Shown: positions 1 to 9,776 of the stretch, piece after piece
Layout: each line of letters opens with the position of its first letter
Position numbering within the stretch: position 1 is the stretch's first letter
Assembly: GCA_024280655.1 (NCBI GenBank)
Contig: JAJRPR010000011.1
Span: forward strand, 1-41,181
Length of the DNA stretch: 41,181 nt
Direction of reading: 5' to 3'
Origin: Alphaproteobacteria bacterium
GTDB taxonomy: Bacteria; Pseudomonadota; Alphaproteobacteria; Rhizobiales; Devosiaceae
Notes under the pieces: model-generated
Database searches by the model: none
Told to the model about the DNA's origin: nothing
What the model saw: the letters and a program-made list of their open reading frames with translations, nothing else
Translations under genes and position numbers: made by a program

Positions 1-847
1 GCCTCAGTCTAAACCATGTGCGTTGGCGTTTAGTATATTGGCGAGTTGCAATAATAGACAATTCAATCGCCCTTTCTTTACCTATCTCGCCATTTAACCA
101 TTGAGCGATTTCTTTTACCCCTATTGCTTTCATTGCTGGCAGAGTTGCATCAAGATTTAGTTTGAGCAATTCTTCAACTTCTTCAACCGCACCCTGACCT
201 ATCATATTTTCAAAGCGTTGTTCTATTCTTTGGTTTAATATTTCTTTATCGGGATTTAGCAATATCTTTTCAATTTCAAAATCATCAAGCAAACCGACTT
301 GCTTTTCGCTCTGCCAATCGGCGAGTGATTTTTTAGTGTGTTTTATAACGCTAATTGCCCGTACCACTCGTTGCCTATCAGGCTCATTCAAACGTTCAGC
401 CATTTTTGGATCGTGCTTATGTAAATAATCTAATCTTTGCTGGCGATCAAAACCTGATATTTCATTTTCAATTTCGCTAACAATCTCGTGCGGTACATCT
501 GGCACTTGCGTAAATCCATCTGTTAAAGCTTTGAAATAAAGCCCTGTTCCACCTACAAAAATTAGCTTGCGTTTTTCCTTAGCCGTTCTATCAATTATCT
601 CTTGCACTTCTCTAAGCCATTGCCCTGTTGAAAAGCGGATTGAGGGGTGGATTGTGCCATAAAGCGCATGTTCTGCTTGAACCAATTCATCACTTTGCGG
701 GCGAGCGCTAAGCAGGTTTAGCACGCTATAGACCTGCATAGAATCTGTGTTAATAATCAATCCATTATTCTGTTTAGCCTTTTTTATTGCCAAAGATGAC
801 TTGCCGCTTGCGCTTGCACCCGCTATTAGGATTGCACTTCTTACCAA
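1..847 (-). CDS. miaA: tRNA dimethylallyltransferase MiaA (3' end runs off the window)
   Basis: Not in the ORF track because it is edge-truncated. Hand translation of the minus strand from TTG 847..845 gives (M)VRSAILIAGASASGKSSLAIKKAKQNNGLIINTDSMQVYSVLNLLSARP...KLIFVGGTGLYFKAL. At the window edge it reads ...TRQYTKRQRTWFRLR. The P-loop, DSMQVY and QYxKRQxTWF are MiaA hallmarks. A GGAG lies 6 nt upstream of the TTG (CTCC at 854..857 on +). Confidence 0.85.
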   Translation of the reverse strand, partial: MVRSAILIAGASASGKSSLAIKKAKQNNGLIINTDSMQVYSVLNLLSARPQSDELVQAEHALYGTIHPSIRFSTGQWLREVQEIIDRTAKEKRKLIFVGGTGLYFKALTDGFTQVPDVPHEIVSEIENEISGFDRQQRLDYLHKHDPKMAERLNEPDRQRVVRAISVIKHTKKSLADWQSEKQVGLLDDFEIEKILLNPDKEILNQRIEQRFENMIGQGAVEEVEELLKLNLDATLPAMKAIGVKEIAQWLNGEIGKERAIELSIIATRQYTKRQRTWFRLR

Positions 848-860
848 TTTAGGCTCCAAA

Positions 861-1733
861 ATGTTTGTTTTAAGTTTAATTACCAATCCAAATGATATGG
901 CGCTAACCCCGCAATTAGTCAATCAATTAGCCAAAGAAACAGGCGGACAGTTAAATTGGCTAGCACAAGGCATAGCTTGCGATATTATTGCACCAAAAGC
1001 AAAAGACGCAAAGCAAATTGCCTATGAAATGTATGATAATCTACCAATCGATATAAATCTAATTAAGCAACAAGGCCGTCGCAAAAACCTATTAATCGCT
1101 GATATGGATTCTACCATGATTGAGCAAGAATGTATTGACGAGTTGGCCGATGCACTTGGTATAAAGCCACAAATTGCTGATATTACCGCCCGTGCCATGA
1201 ATGGCGAGTTAGATTTTGAGCAAGCGCTTGAAACTAGGGTGGCATTGCTCAAGGGCTTAGAGCGCAAAGTAATTGAAGAAATTAGGCGAGAGCGCATAAG
1301 CCTTGCACAAGGCGGGCGAGCTCTTGTGCAAACCATGAAGGCATATGGAGCGCATACGGCGCTTATTTCTGGTGGTTTTAGCATTTTCGCAGATTATATC
1401 GCCAAGCGCATAGGTTTTGATGAGGCAATTGCCAACCAGTTGGAATTTGAAAATGATCGTTTGAATGGTAAAGTTACGAAACCAATAGTTGATGCCAATG
1501 TTAAGTTAAATCGCTTAGAACAATTAGCAAAAGAAAAAGAGTTGCAAATGTCGCAAACGCTAGCGGTTGGTGATGGTGCAAATGATTTACTAATGATAAA
1601 GGCAGCAGGTCTTGGGGTGGCGCTCCACGCAAAACCCGTATTTGCAGAGCAGGCGCAAGTTAAAATTGATTTTGGTGACTTAACCGCTCTGCTTTATTTG
1701 CAGGGATATGGGGAAGACGATATTATTAGGTAA
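861..1733 (+). CDS. serB: phosphoserine phosphatase SerB
   Basis: ORF 747..1733 trimmed to ATG 861 (MFVLSLITNPN...). HAD motifs are present: DMDSTMI, SGGF and GDGANDL. The longer N-terminus would overlap the miaA start region. Confidence 0.85.
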   Translation: MFVLSLITNPNDMALTPQLVNQLAKETGGQLNWLAQGIACDIIAPKAKDAKQIAYEMYDNLPIDINLIKQQGRRKNLLIADMDSTMIEQECIDELADALGIKPQIADITARAMNGELDFEQALETRVALLKGLERKVIEEIRRERISLAQGGRALVQTMKAYGAHTALISGGFSIFADYIAKRIGFDEAIANQLEFENDRLNGKVTKPIVDANVKLNRLEQLAKEKELQMSQTLAVGDGANDLLMIKAAGLGVALHAKPVFAEQAQVKIDFGDLTALLYLQGYGEDDIIR

Positions 1734-1767
1734 GGTCGCAAAATTACTTATCCTAGCCCCGTTTGCT

Positions 1768-1953
1768 CTAGCCTTTAATCAACCAAAGCCCCAAAAGACC
1801 AGCTGCTGCAAAAATTAGCGCAACTGTGCGGATTTGCGAGACAGGCAATTGCAGCATTTGTGCAATTGCCCTTTTCATTTGTTCAGGAAAGGCTGCATAA
1901 AGCAGCCCTTCAATTACTAGCACCAGTGCTATAGCCGTTAAAAAGTCGTTCAC
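1768..1953 (-). CDS. small membrane protein, DUF2065 / YjeT-like
   Basis: 61 aa with two hydrophobic helices. GTG start overlaps the hflC stop (GTGA). Its position immediately downstream of hflC matches E. coli yjeT. Confidence 0.6.
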   Translation of the reverse strand: MNDFLTAIALVLVIEGLLYAAFPEQMKRAIAQMLQLPVSQIRTVALIFAAAGLLGLWLIKG

Positions 1954-2846
1954 TGACCAAGTGCTGGTTTAGTTTCTTTCATTGTTGAGCCCCCAAAATA
2001 TTGGAAGAACTCAGTATTTGGCGATAGTAACATTGTTGTATCTGTGTTTACCAGCGACGCACGATATGATTGCATTGTGCGATAAAATTCAAAGAACTCA
2101 ATATCCTTGTTAAAAGCCTCAGCAAACACAGCGTTTCTAACCGCTTCGCCCTCACCTCGAAGAATTTCACTATCACGTTGAGCCAAAGCAACTGTTTCAA
2201 CCGCTTGACGATCAGCAATCGCTCTTAAAGTTTGCGCTTGCTCTTGACCTCGAGCACGAAGCCTTGCAGCTTCCGCAAGACGTTCCGCCTTCATACGATC
2301 ATAGGTTTGCGCTGAAACTTGCTGGGTTAAATCAGTACGAAGAACCCGCACATCAATAACTTCAACACCAATTTCGGCTAGATCGCTAACGATTATATCT
2401 CTTGCTTCACGCATCATTTCTGCACGCAACGCTGAAAGAGCATCATTAAAATCACGCTTACCATAAACGCCACGAAGCGCTGATTCTAGGCGAGTATTAA
2501 TGCGCTGTTCGGCAAGTCTTAAATCACCAAGAACCGATTCACGAAACAATCTGGCATCTTTAATACGATATGTAAGAAACGCATCAACATTATAAAATTT
2601 ACCACCAGAAACCTGAAGCGTAATATCTTCAAGATCATAACGAATTAGTCGATCTTCAATGATTTGCACATTATCAACTATTGCCGTTGGCAATTTGAAA
2701 TAAAGTCCCGGTTCTGAATGAATATTGGTAATTTCACCAAACCGAGTAACAATCGCTTGCTCACGCTCATTAAGAATAAAGATTGAGGAAAGTAACACAT
2801 AAAGCGCACCAACTACAACGATGCCTATAATGACTAATTTATTCAT
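1950..2846 (-). CDS. hflC: protease modulator HflC (SPFH/band-7)
   Basis: ORF 1950..2879 trimmed to ATG 2846 (MNKLVIIGIVVVG...). GGGGAG sits 8 nt upstream, and this start lies 1 nt after the hflK stop at 2848. It has an N-terminal TM helix and an SPFH domain. Confidence 0.85.
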   Translation of the reverse strand: MNKLVIIGIVVVGALYVLLSSIFILNEREQAIVTRFGEITNIHSEPGLYFKLPTAIVDNVQIIEDRLIRYDLEDITLQVSGGKFYNVDAFLTYRIKDARLFRESVLGDLRLAEQRINTRLESALRGVYGKRDFNDALSALRAEMMREARDIIVSDLAEIGVEVIDVRVLRTDLTQQVSAQTYDRMKAERLAEAARLRARGQEQAQTLRAIADRQAVETVALAQRDSEILRGEGEAVRNAVFAEAFNKDIEFFEFYRTMQSYRASLVNTDTTMLLSPNTEFFQYFGGSTMKETKPALGQ

Positions 2847-2847
2847 G

Positions 2848-3912
2848 TTAATTACTCCCCGCAGGTTTACGTAATTCATTAAGCGGTAAATAAGGCACTA
2901 CACCAGAACCACTTGCACCATCTTCAACAATTATTTTAGTTGAAGTGCTAAGCACTTCTTCCATTGTTTCAAGGAATAGGCGTTTGCGTGTTACTTCAGG
3001 AGATTTTGCATATTCATCATAAACTGAAATAAAGCGAGCTGCTTCACCCTCTGCTTCTTTTACCACACGATCTTTATAAGCTGCAGCTTCTTCACGTAAC
3101 TGCGCGGCTTGTCCACGAGCTTGCCCCAATAAAGTTGCGGCATATTGACGAGCTTCTTCTTGAAAACGATCTTCATCTTGCTCAGCACGTTGCACTTCAT
3201 CAAACGCATCAGCAACTTCTAGTGGCGGCGCTACGTTTTCTATCGAAATAGAACTAATGGTCACACCAGCATCATAAGACGCCATAATTGTCTGTGCAAT
3301 ATCTCTCACTTCAATGGCAATGCCAGCACGATCATCACGAAACACTTCTTGCGCTCTACGGCGACCAGCAACTTCACGCATAGCGCTTTCAGAGGCTTTT
3401 CTGACCATTTCCTCAGGAAAACGTAGATTAAACAAATAATCTCTTGGGTCAGTAACACGCCAGATAATTGAGAAAGCCACATCAACTATATTTTGATCAC
3501 CAGTAAGCATAAGACCTTCTTCGTCCGATGCTCTACCGCCACCAACTGATGCAATACGTGTTTGGTTTTCGGTAATTACTACTTTTTCAACCGTTTCAAG
3601 CGGCCAAACAATAAAATGCAAACCCGGTAGGCTTAACTGATCTTTTGGTTCCCCTAAGAACAATTCAACGCCAACTTCTTGTGGAGCAACCTGATAAACC
3701 GATTGAAACAACCAAAAAACAAGCGCTGCCAAAAGAGCGCCAATGATAAGAAATTTGCTACCCGGAAGTTCGCCACCAAATTGCTCACGTCCTTTGTTGA
3801 ACAATTCTTCTAAATTTGGTGGGTTTGGCCCACCACCCTGTGGGCCTTGTGGCCCCTTTGGGCCTTTTGGCCCCTGCCCCCACGGGCCACCTGAATTATT
3901 ATCCCAAGACAT
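2848..3912 (-). CDS. hflK: protease modulator HflK (SPFH/band-7)
   Basis: 354 aa with a Gly/Pro-rich N-terminus (GPKGPKGPQGPQGG), a TM helix, an SPFH domain and a coiled-coil tail. It is paired with hflC. Confidence 0.9.
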   Translation of the reverse strand: MSWDNNSGGPWGQGPKGPKGPQGPQGGGPNPPNLEELFNKGREQFGGELPGSKFLIIGALLAALVFWLFQSVYQVAPQEVGVELFLGEPKDQLSLPGLHFIVWPLETVEKVVITENQTRIASVGGGRASDEEGLMLTGDQNIVDVAFSIIWRVTDPRDYLFNLRFPEEMVRKASESAMREVAGRRRAQEVFRDDRAGIAIEVRDIAQTIMASYDAGVTISSISIENVAPPLEVADAFDEVQRAEQDEDRFQEEARQYAATLLGQARGQAAQLREEAAAYKDRVVKEAEGEAARFISVYDEYAKSPEVTRKRLFLETMEEVLSTSTKIIVEDGASGSGVVPYLPLNELRKPAGSN

Positions 3913-3982
3913 AAAAGTCCCTTTCGTTTATGAGAATATCGCACCTATATAGGCATTTATGTATCATCTATCAATGATTGTT

Positions 3983-4498
3983 TTAAGAAATTTGTGTATA
4001 TTGCATCACTTTATATTCTGCACTGTCACGAGGTGATTTCTCTACCTCTATTTGCTCTAGCATTTGCCATTGATTTTTTTCAATGATAGGAAAAAAACTA
4101 TCACCCTTAGGACTTAGTTCAACATGGCTAATATAAAGCCTATTTGCCAGAGGCATTGCTTGGCGATAAATCTCTGCACCACCAATAATCATTATTTCAT
4201 CTATGCCATCATCTTTGGCAATCATTTTAGCCTTTTCAATCGCCCCTTTAAGAGAATCAGCAACAATTACGTCATTAGGCGAATAATTCTTATCTCTACT
4301 AATTACAATATTGCTGCGCTTGGGCAAGGGCTTGCCAATAGAATCAAAAGTCTTGCGCCCCATAATAATTGGCTTGCCTAAAGTTGTTTTTTTGAAGAAG
4401 GCAAAATCAGAGGGCAAGTGCCAAGGTATATCGCCATCATTACCTATCACACCATTTTTAGCCACTGCCGCTATTATAGATATTTTTATTTTTCTCAT
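3983..4498 (-). CDS. folA: dihydrofolate reductase
   Basis: 171 aa. Motifs IIAAVAKNGVIGNDGDIPWHLPSDFAFFKKTTLGKPIIMGRKTFDSIG are typical of DHFR. The ATG overlaps the thyA stop (TAATG). Confidence 0.9.
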   Translation of the reverse strand: MRKIKISIIAAVAKNGVIGNDGDIPWHLPSDFAFFKKTTLGKPIIMGRKTFDSIGKPLPKRSNIVISRDKNYSPNDVIVADSLKGAIEKAKMIAKDDGIDEIMIIGGAEIYRQAMPLANRLYISHVELSPKGDSFFPIIEKNQWQMLEQIEVEKSPRDSAEYKVMQYTQIS

Positions 4499-5292
4499 TA
4501 TACTGCAATCGGAGCTTTTATGCCCTTATCTGGATAATAATCAATAATTTCAAAATCCTCAAATTTATAATCGGTTAGATCATTATAGTGATTCAATATC
4601 TTAAGTTTAGGAAGCGATTTTGGCGTGCGAGAAAGCTGCAGTTCCGCCTGTTCGCAATGATTAGAATAAAGATGCGCATCGCCTAATGTGTGAATAAAAT
4701 CACCTAACCCTAAACCCACAACATCAGCAATCATATGAGTAAGCAACGCATAGGAGGCTATATTAAATGGTACACCCAAGAAAATATCCGCCGAACGTTG
4801 ATAAAGCTGGCAACTTAGTTTGCCATTTGCCACATAAAACTGAAATAGGCAATGACACGGTGGCAATGCCATATCATCAACTTGTGCCGGATTCCATGCA
4901 CTTACAATATGGCGACGGCTATCTGGGTTGTTTTTTATGCCCTCAACAAGATTTTCTATCTGATCGATTGTGCCGCCCTGCCCGTCTGCCCAAGAACGCC
5001 ATTGCGAGCCATAAACTGGCCCCAAATCTCCATTTTCATCTGCCCACTCGTCCCAAATCTTCACGCCTCTTTCTTGCAACCAGCGCACATTGGTTTCGCC
5101 ACGCAAAAACCATAGCAATTCATAAATGATAGATTTTACATGCAAACGCTTGGTGGTAAGAAGCGGAAAACCTTCGCTTAAATCATAGCGCATTTGATAG
5201 CCAAATACTGAGCGAGTGCCAGTGCCAGTTCTATCGCCCTTATCAGTGCCGTTTTCTTTTACGTGCTTTAGTAAATCAAGATATTGTTTCAT
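4498..5292 (-). CDS. thyA: thymidylate synthase ThyA
   Basis: 264 aa. Motifs [22 protein letters not shown] (catalytic Cys), [22 protein letters not shown]. Confidence 0.95.
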   Translation of the reverse strand: MKQYLDLLKHVKENGTDKGDRTGTGTRSVFGYQMRYDLSEGFPLLTTKRLHVKSIIYELLWFLRGETNVRWLQERGVKIWDEWADENGDLGPVYGSQWRSWADGQGGTIDQIENLVEGIKNNPDSRRHIVSAWNPAQVDDMALPPCHCLFQFYVANGKLSCQLYQRSADIFLGVPFNIASYALLTHMIADVVGLGLGDFIHTLGDAHLYSNHCEQAELQLSRTPKSLPKLKILNHYNDLTDYKFEDFEIIDYYPDKGIKAPIAV

Positions 5293-5360
5293 AGCTCTAT
5301 TATTAGATGATTCGTAATTGAGGTTAAACTCTAAAGATATAAAGCATATCTCCCTTCCAT

Positions 5361-5390
5361 AAAAAAAGGGAGCGCTAAGCCCCCCTTTTT
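5361..5390 (-). terminator. probable intrinsic terminator after rpoC
   Basis: Minus strand reads AAAAA-GGGGGG-CTTAGCG-CTCCC-TTTTTTT, 20 nt after the rpoC stop. The stem is short (5 bp including one G.U). An alternative CTCCCTT/AAGGGAG hairpin (5350..5372) overlaps it. Confidence 0.45.
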
Positions 5391-5409
5391 AATTCTTATA
5401 ATAAGAAAA

Positions 5410-8400
5410 CTATTCTTTGTTTTCTTCTGAATTATCAGTCTCAACTGCTTCAACTACTTCAGTTTCCACGGCTTCAGTTTCTTGCACTTCAACCTCAACT
5501 TCTGCTTCATCTTCAACCGCTTCAGCTTCTTCCTTTGGAGCTTCAAGTCTTGCAGCTTCTGCTTGGCGGCGGCGCTCATCAACGATTAAATCATCACGTT
5601 TATTAGCGATATGCCGCATTTTAGTAATGCTTGCGCCAGTACCTGCTGGAATTAAGCGCCCAACAATCACGTTTTCCTTAAGACCTTCAAGTAAATCTGC
5701 CTTGCCGCTAATTGCCGCTTCGGTCAGAACTCTTGTTGTTTCTTGGAAACTTGCCGCTGAAATAAACGAGCGAGTTTGCAACGATGCTTTGGTAATACCC
5801 AGTAGAACAGGCGTTCCCTTTGCTGGTTTTTTACCATCAGCAATTAGTTGATCATTTAACTCTTCAAGTTCAAGCTTGTCGATTTGCTCATCTTTAAGCA
5901 AGCCACTTTCACCCGGTAGAGTAATTTCAACTTTTTGCAGCATTTGACGCACAATAACTTCAATATGCTTGTCGTTAATTGTCACACCTTGAAGTCGATA
6001 AACATCTTGGATTTCATTAATAAGATAGCGAGCAAGCTCTTCAACACCCTTAATTGCCAAAATATCATGCGGTGCAGGATTGCCATCAAGAATATAATCG
6101 CCTTTTTCAATCATATCGCCTTCTTGCAAGTGGAATGGTTTGCCCTTCAAAATAAGATATTCTGCTGGCTCTAACCCTTCGTCAGTTGGCTCAATAATAA
6201 TACGACGTTTATTCTTATAATCACGACCAAAGCGAATTGTGCCACTAATTTCAGCAATAATTGCATGATCTTTTGGACGACGTGCTTCAAACAATTCAGC
6301 AACACGAGGCAGACCACCAGTAATATCGGTAGTTTTCGCGCTTTCTAGCGGAATACGAGCCAGAACATCACCCGCCACTACTTTTTCACCCGGTTCAACC
6401 GAAATAACTGCTTCCACGGAAAGAAGCGAGCGGGCATCACCACGATCTAGCTTTACAACTTCGCCAGCACGCATAATTGCCAATGCAGGAATTAAATCTG
6501 CACCACGCTGGTTTGTACGCCAATCAATGATAACACGTTTGGTAAAGCCAGTCGCCTCATCTGTACTTTCAGCAACTGAAATGCCATCAACAATATCTTC
6601 AAAAACAACTTCACCATCTGTTTCAGCCAAAACTGGAGCAGTATATGGATCCCATTCAGCAAGCCTTTGTCCACGAGTAACCACATCACCATCATCAACG
6701 CGAATTTTAGCGCCATAATTCACACGATGCGTTACTCTTTCTTTGCCCTTCTCATCAAGAATAGCAATTATAACATTACGACCAAGAGCAATAAGTGATT
6801 TATCAGAGCCACTTGCAACTTTACGATTGCGTATCTCGATTTTACCTTCAGCTCCAGCTTCAAGGAATGAACTATCAACAACTTGAGCCGTACCACCAAT
6901 ATGGAAAGTTCTCATAGTTAGCTGAGTTCCTGGTTCACCAATAGATTGCGCTGCAATAACCCCAACTGCTTCACCCTGATTAACAGGTGTTCCACGAGCT
7001 AGATCACGGCCATAACAAGTAGCACAACAACCCATGCGAACTTCACAAGTTAGAGGTGAGCGAATACCAATAGATTGAACACTAGCTGCATCAATTAAGT
7101 CTGAATGTTTCTCTTCAATTAGAACACCCTTCTTAACAATTAGCTCATCAGTTTCTTGATCAACAACATTCTCAAGCAAAGTACGCCCTAATACACGTTC
7201 ACCTAATGATACGATAACTTGACCAGAATCAACTACCGCTTCAACCGTTAGACCTTCTTTGGTTTTACAATCTATTTCATTGATAATTGCATCTTGCGCA
7301 ACATCAACCAAACGCCTTGTAAGATAACCTGAGTTAGCAGTTTTTAGCGCCGTATCAGCAAGACCTTTACGTGCCCCGTGAGTTGAGTTGAAATATTCAA
7401 TAACGCTCAAACCTTCCTTAAAGTTTGAAGTAATTGGTGTTTCAATGATTGAGCCATCGGGACGAGCCATAAGACCACGCATTCCGGCTAACTGCTTCAT
7501 CTGAGCAGGTGAGCCACGAGCGCCAGAGTGAGCCATCATATAAACCGAGTTAATAGGTTTTTGACGACCAGTTTCTTCATCAAATTCAACAGAAGAAATA
7601 CGTGCCATCATTTCATCGGCAACTAAATCACCACATTTTGACCAAGCATCAACTGCCTTATTATATTTCTCGCCTTGCGTAATAAGACCATTATTATATT
7701 GGCTTTCAAACTCGGCAACTTGGTTGCGAGTATCTTCAACGATTTTCACCTTAGTATCAGGGATAACCATGTCGTCTTTGCCAAACGAAATACCTGCTTT
7801 ACAAGCATGTTTGAAACCCATATCCATCATTTTATCGCAAAATATGACCGTTTCTTTTTGGCCACAAGCACGATAGACCGTATCGATCATTTTTGAGATC
7901 ATTTTTTTGGTCATGATCTGATTGCAAGATGAAAATGGAACTGCATGATGTTCAGGCAAAAGTTGACTTAAAATCATACGGCCGGGCGTTGTTTCAACAA
8001 CTGTAAAACTTTCTTTGCCCTTTTCATCAATAACTTTTATGCGGCCTTTGATTTTGGCGTGCATTGTAACAATTTTATTATCAAGCGCATATTCAATTTC
8101 ACCGATTGATCCAAATGCCATGCCTTCACCCGGCTCATTTTCATTCATTAATGAGAGATGATAAAGACCCAAAACAATATCTTGTGATGGAACAATAATT
8201 GGCTGACCATTAGCTGGGTGCAAAATATTGTTGGTCGACATCATCAAAACACGAGCTTCAAGCTGGGCTTCAAGAGAAAGCGGAATATGAACCGCCATTT
8301 GATCACCATCAGAATCAGCGTTAAATGCCGCACAAACCAGCGGGTGCAAATGAATTGCTTTACCCTCAATTAATACAGGCTCAAACGCCTGAATACCTAA

Positions 8401-9704
8401 ACGGTGCAAGGTTGGCGCACGGTTAAGCAATACTGGGTGCTCACGAATAACTTCGTCAAGAATATCCCAAACTTCGGGCTTTTCTTTTTCAACCAATTTT
8501 TTCGCTTGTTTAACAGTGGTTGAAAAACCTTTTGCTTCAAGACGAGAATAAATAAATGGCTTAAATAGTTCGAGTGCCATTTTCTTTGGCAAACCACACT
8601 GGTGAAGTTTTAATTCGGGCCCAACGGTAATTACCGAACGACCAGAATAATCAACACGTTTACCAAGCAAGTTTTGTCTAAAACGACCTTGCTTGCCTTT
8701 TAGCATATCTGAAAGTGATTTTAGCGGGCGTTTGTTAGCACCAGTAATTGTGCGACCACGACGACCATTATCAAATAAAGCATCAACAGATTCTTGTAAC
8801 ATACGCTTTTCATTACGAATAATAATGTCAGGCGCACGCAATTCCATCAATCTTTTAAGGCGGTTATTGCGGTTAATAACCCGACGATATAAATCGTTCA
8901 GATCAGAGGTAGCAAAACGACCACCATCAAGCGGCACAAGTGGGCGCAATTCAGGCGGAATAACCGGAATGATTGTCATAATCATCCATTCTGGTTTATT
9001 GCCAGAAACGATAAATTGCTCAACAACTTTAAGACGTTTAGCTAATTTTTTGGCTTTAATTCGGTTGTCGCTTCAGCAATTCCAACCCGTAAAAGAGCAG
9101 CTTCTTTTTCAAGATCTATTGCTATTAGCATTTCACGAATAGCTTCAGCGCCAATCATTGCGGTAAACGCATCAGCACCAAACTGATCTTGTGCGTCCAT
9201 ATATTGCTCTTCTGTTAGCATATCATGCAAATTAAACGGCGTTAAACCCGGCTCAGTTACAACATAATATTCAAAATAAAGAATTCGCTCAACATCTTTA
9301 AGGGTTTTATCAAGCAAAAGCGCAATACGAGATGGCAGTGATTTCAAAAACCAAATATGCGCAACGGGTGCTGCAAGTTCAATATGACCCATACGTTCAC
9401 GACGAACCCGAGAAAGCGTGACTTCAACTCCACATTTCTCGCAAATAACACCCTTAAACTTCATACGTTTATATTTACCGCATAGGCATTCATAATCCTT
9501 CATAGGACCAAAAATACGTGAGCAAAATAACCCATCACGTTCTGGCTTGAATGTACGATAATTAATGGTTTCAGGTTTTTTAATTTCCCCAAATGACCAT
9601 GAGAGAATTTTCTCAGGGCTGGCGATATTAATCCTCATTTGATCAAAGGCTTGCACCTGCGATTGTGGATTAAATGGGTCTGTGACGTGGTGATGATGGT
9701 TCAT
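5410..9704 (-). CDS. rpoC: DNA-directed RNA polymerase beta' subunit, reading frame interrupted by a 1-nt frameshift
   Basis: Two same-strand ORFs make up the gene. The first is 9704..9042 (220 aa, Zn finger [23 protein letters not shown]). The second is 8985..5410 (1191 aa, [46 protein letters not shown], and so on). The second frame is open up to 9072 and reads [26 protein letters not shown]. The frames switch at an A6 run (T6 on +, 9046..9051). Adding one base gives a contiguous 1431-aa beta' with an acidic E/A/V-rich C-terminal tail. Confidence 0.9.
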
Positions 9705-9776
9705 CTTATAGTCTCCTTTTTCTTTCTGCTCTTAAATTTAGAACAAAATGAATTGGGTAAAAATTCTTGCGGCAGA

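Noticed and set aside
747-860. N-terminal 38-aa extension of the serB ORF.
   Set aside because: It overlaps the miaA 5' end on the other strand. Homologous SerB proteins begin near MxLVATLIxNP, which matches ATG 861.
3743-3952. 69-aa Gly/Pro-rich ORF antisense to the hflK 5' end.
   Set aside because: It mirrors the GPKGPKGPQGPQGG-coding repeat of hflK and is a shadow ORF.
8985-9704. Naturally split rpoC, as in cyanobacterial or plastid rpoC1/rpoC2.
   Set aside because: The split point (about residue 220) is unlike known splits. The frames overlap with no start codon or SD at the junction, and conserved residues span the junction in the -1 frame.
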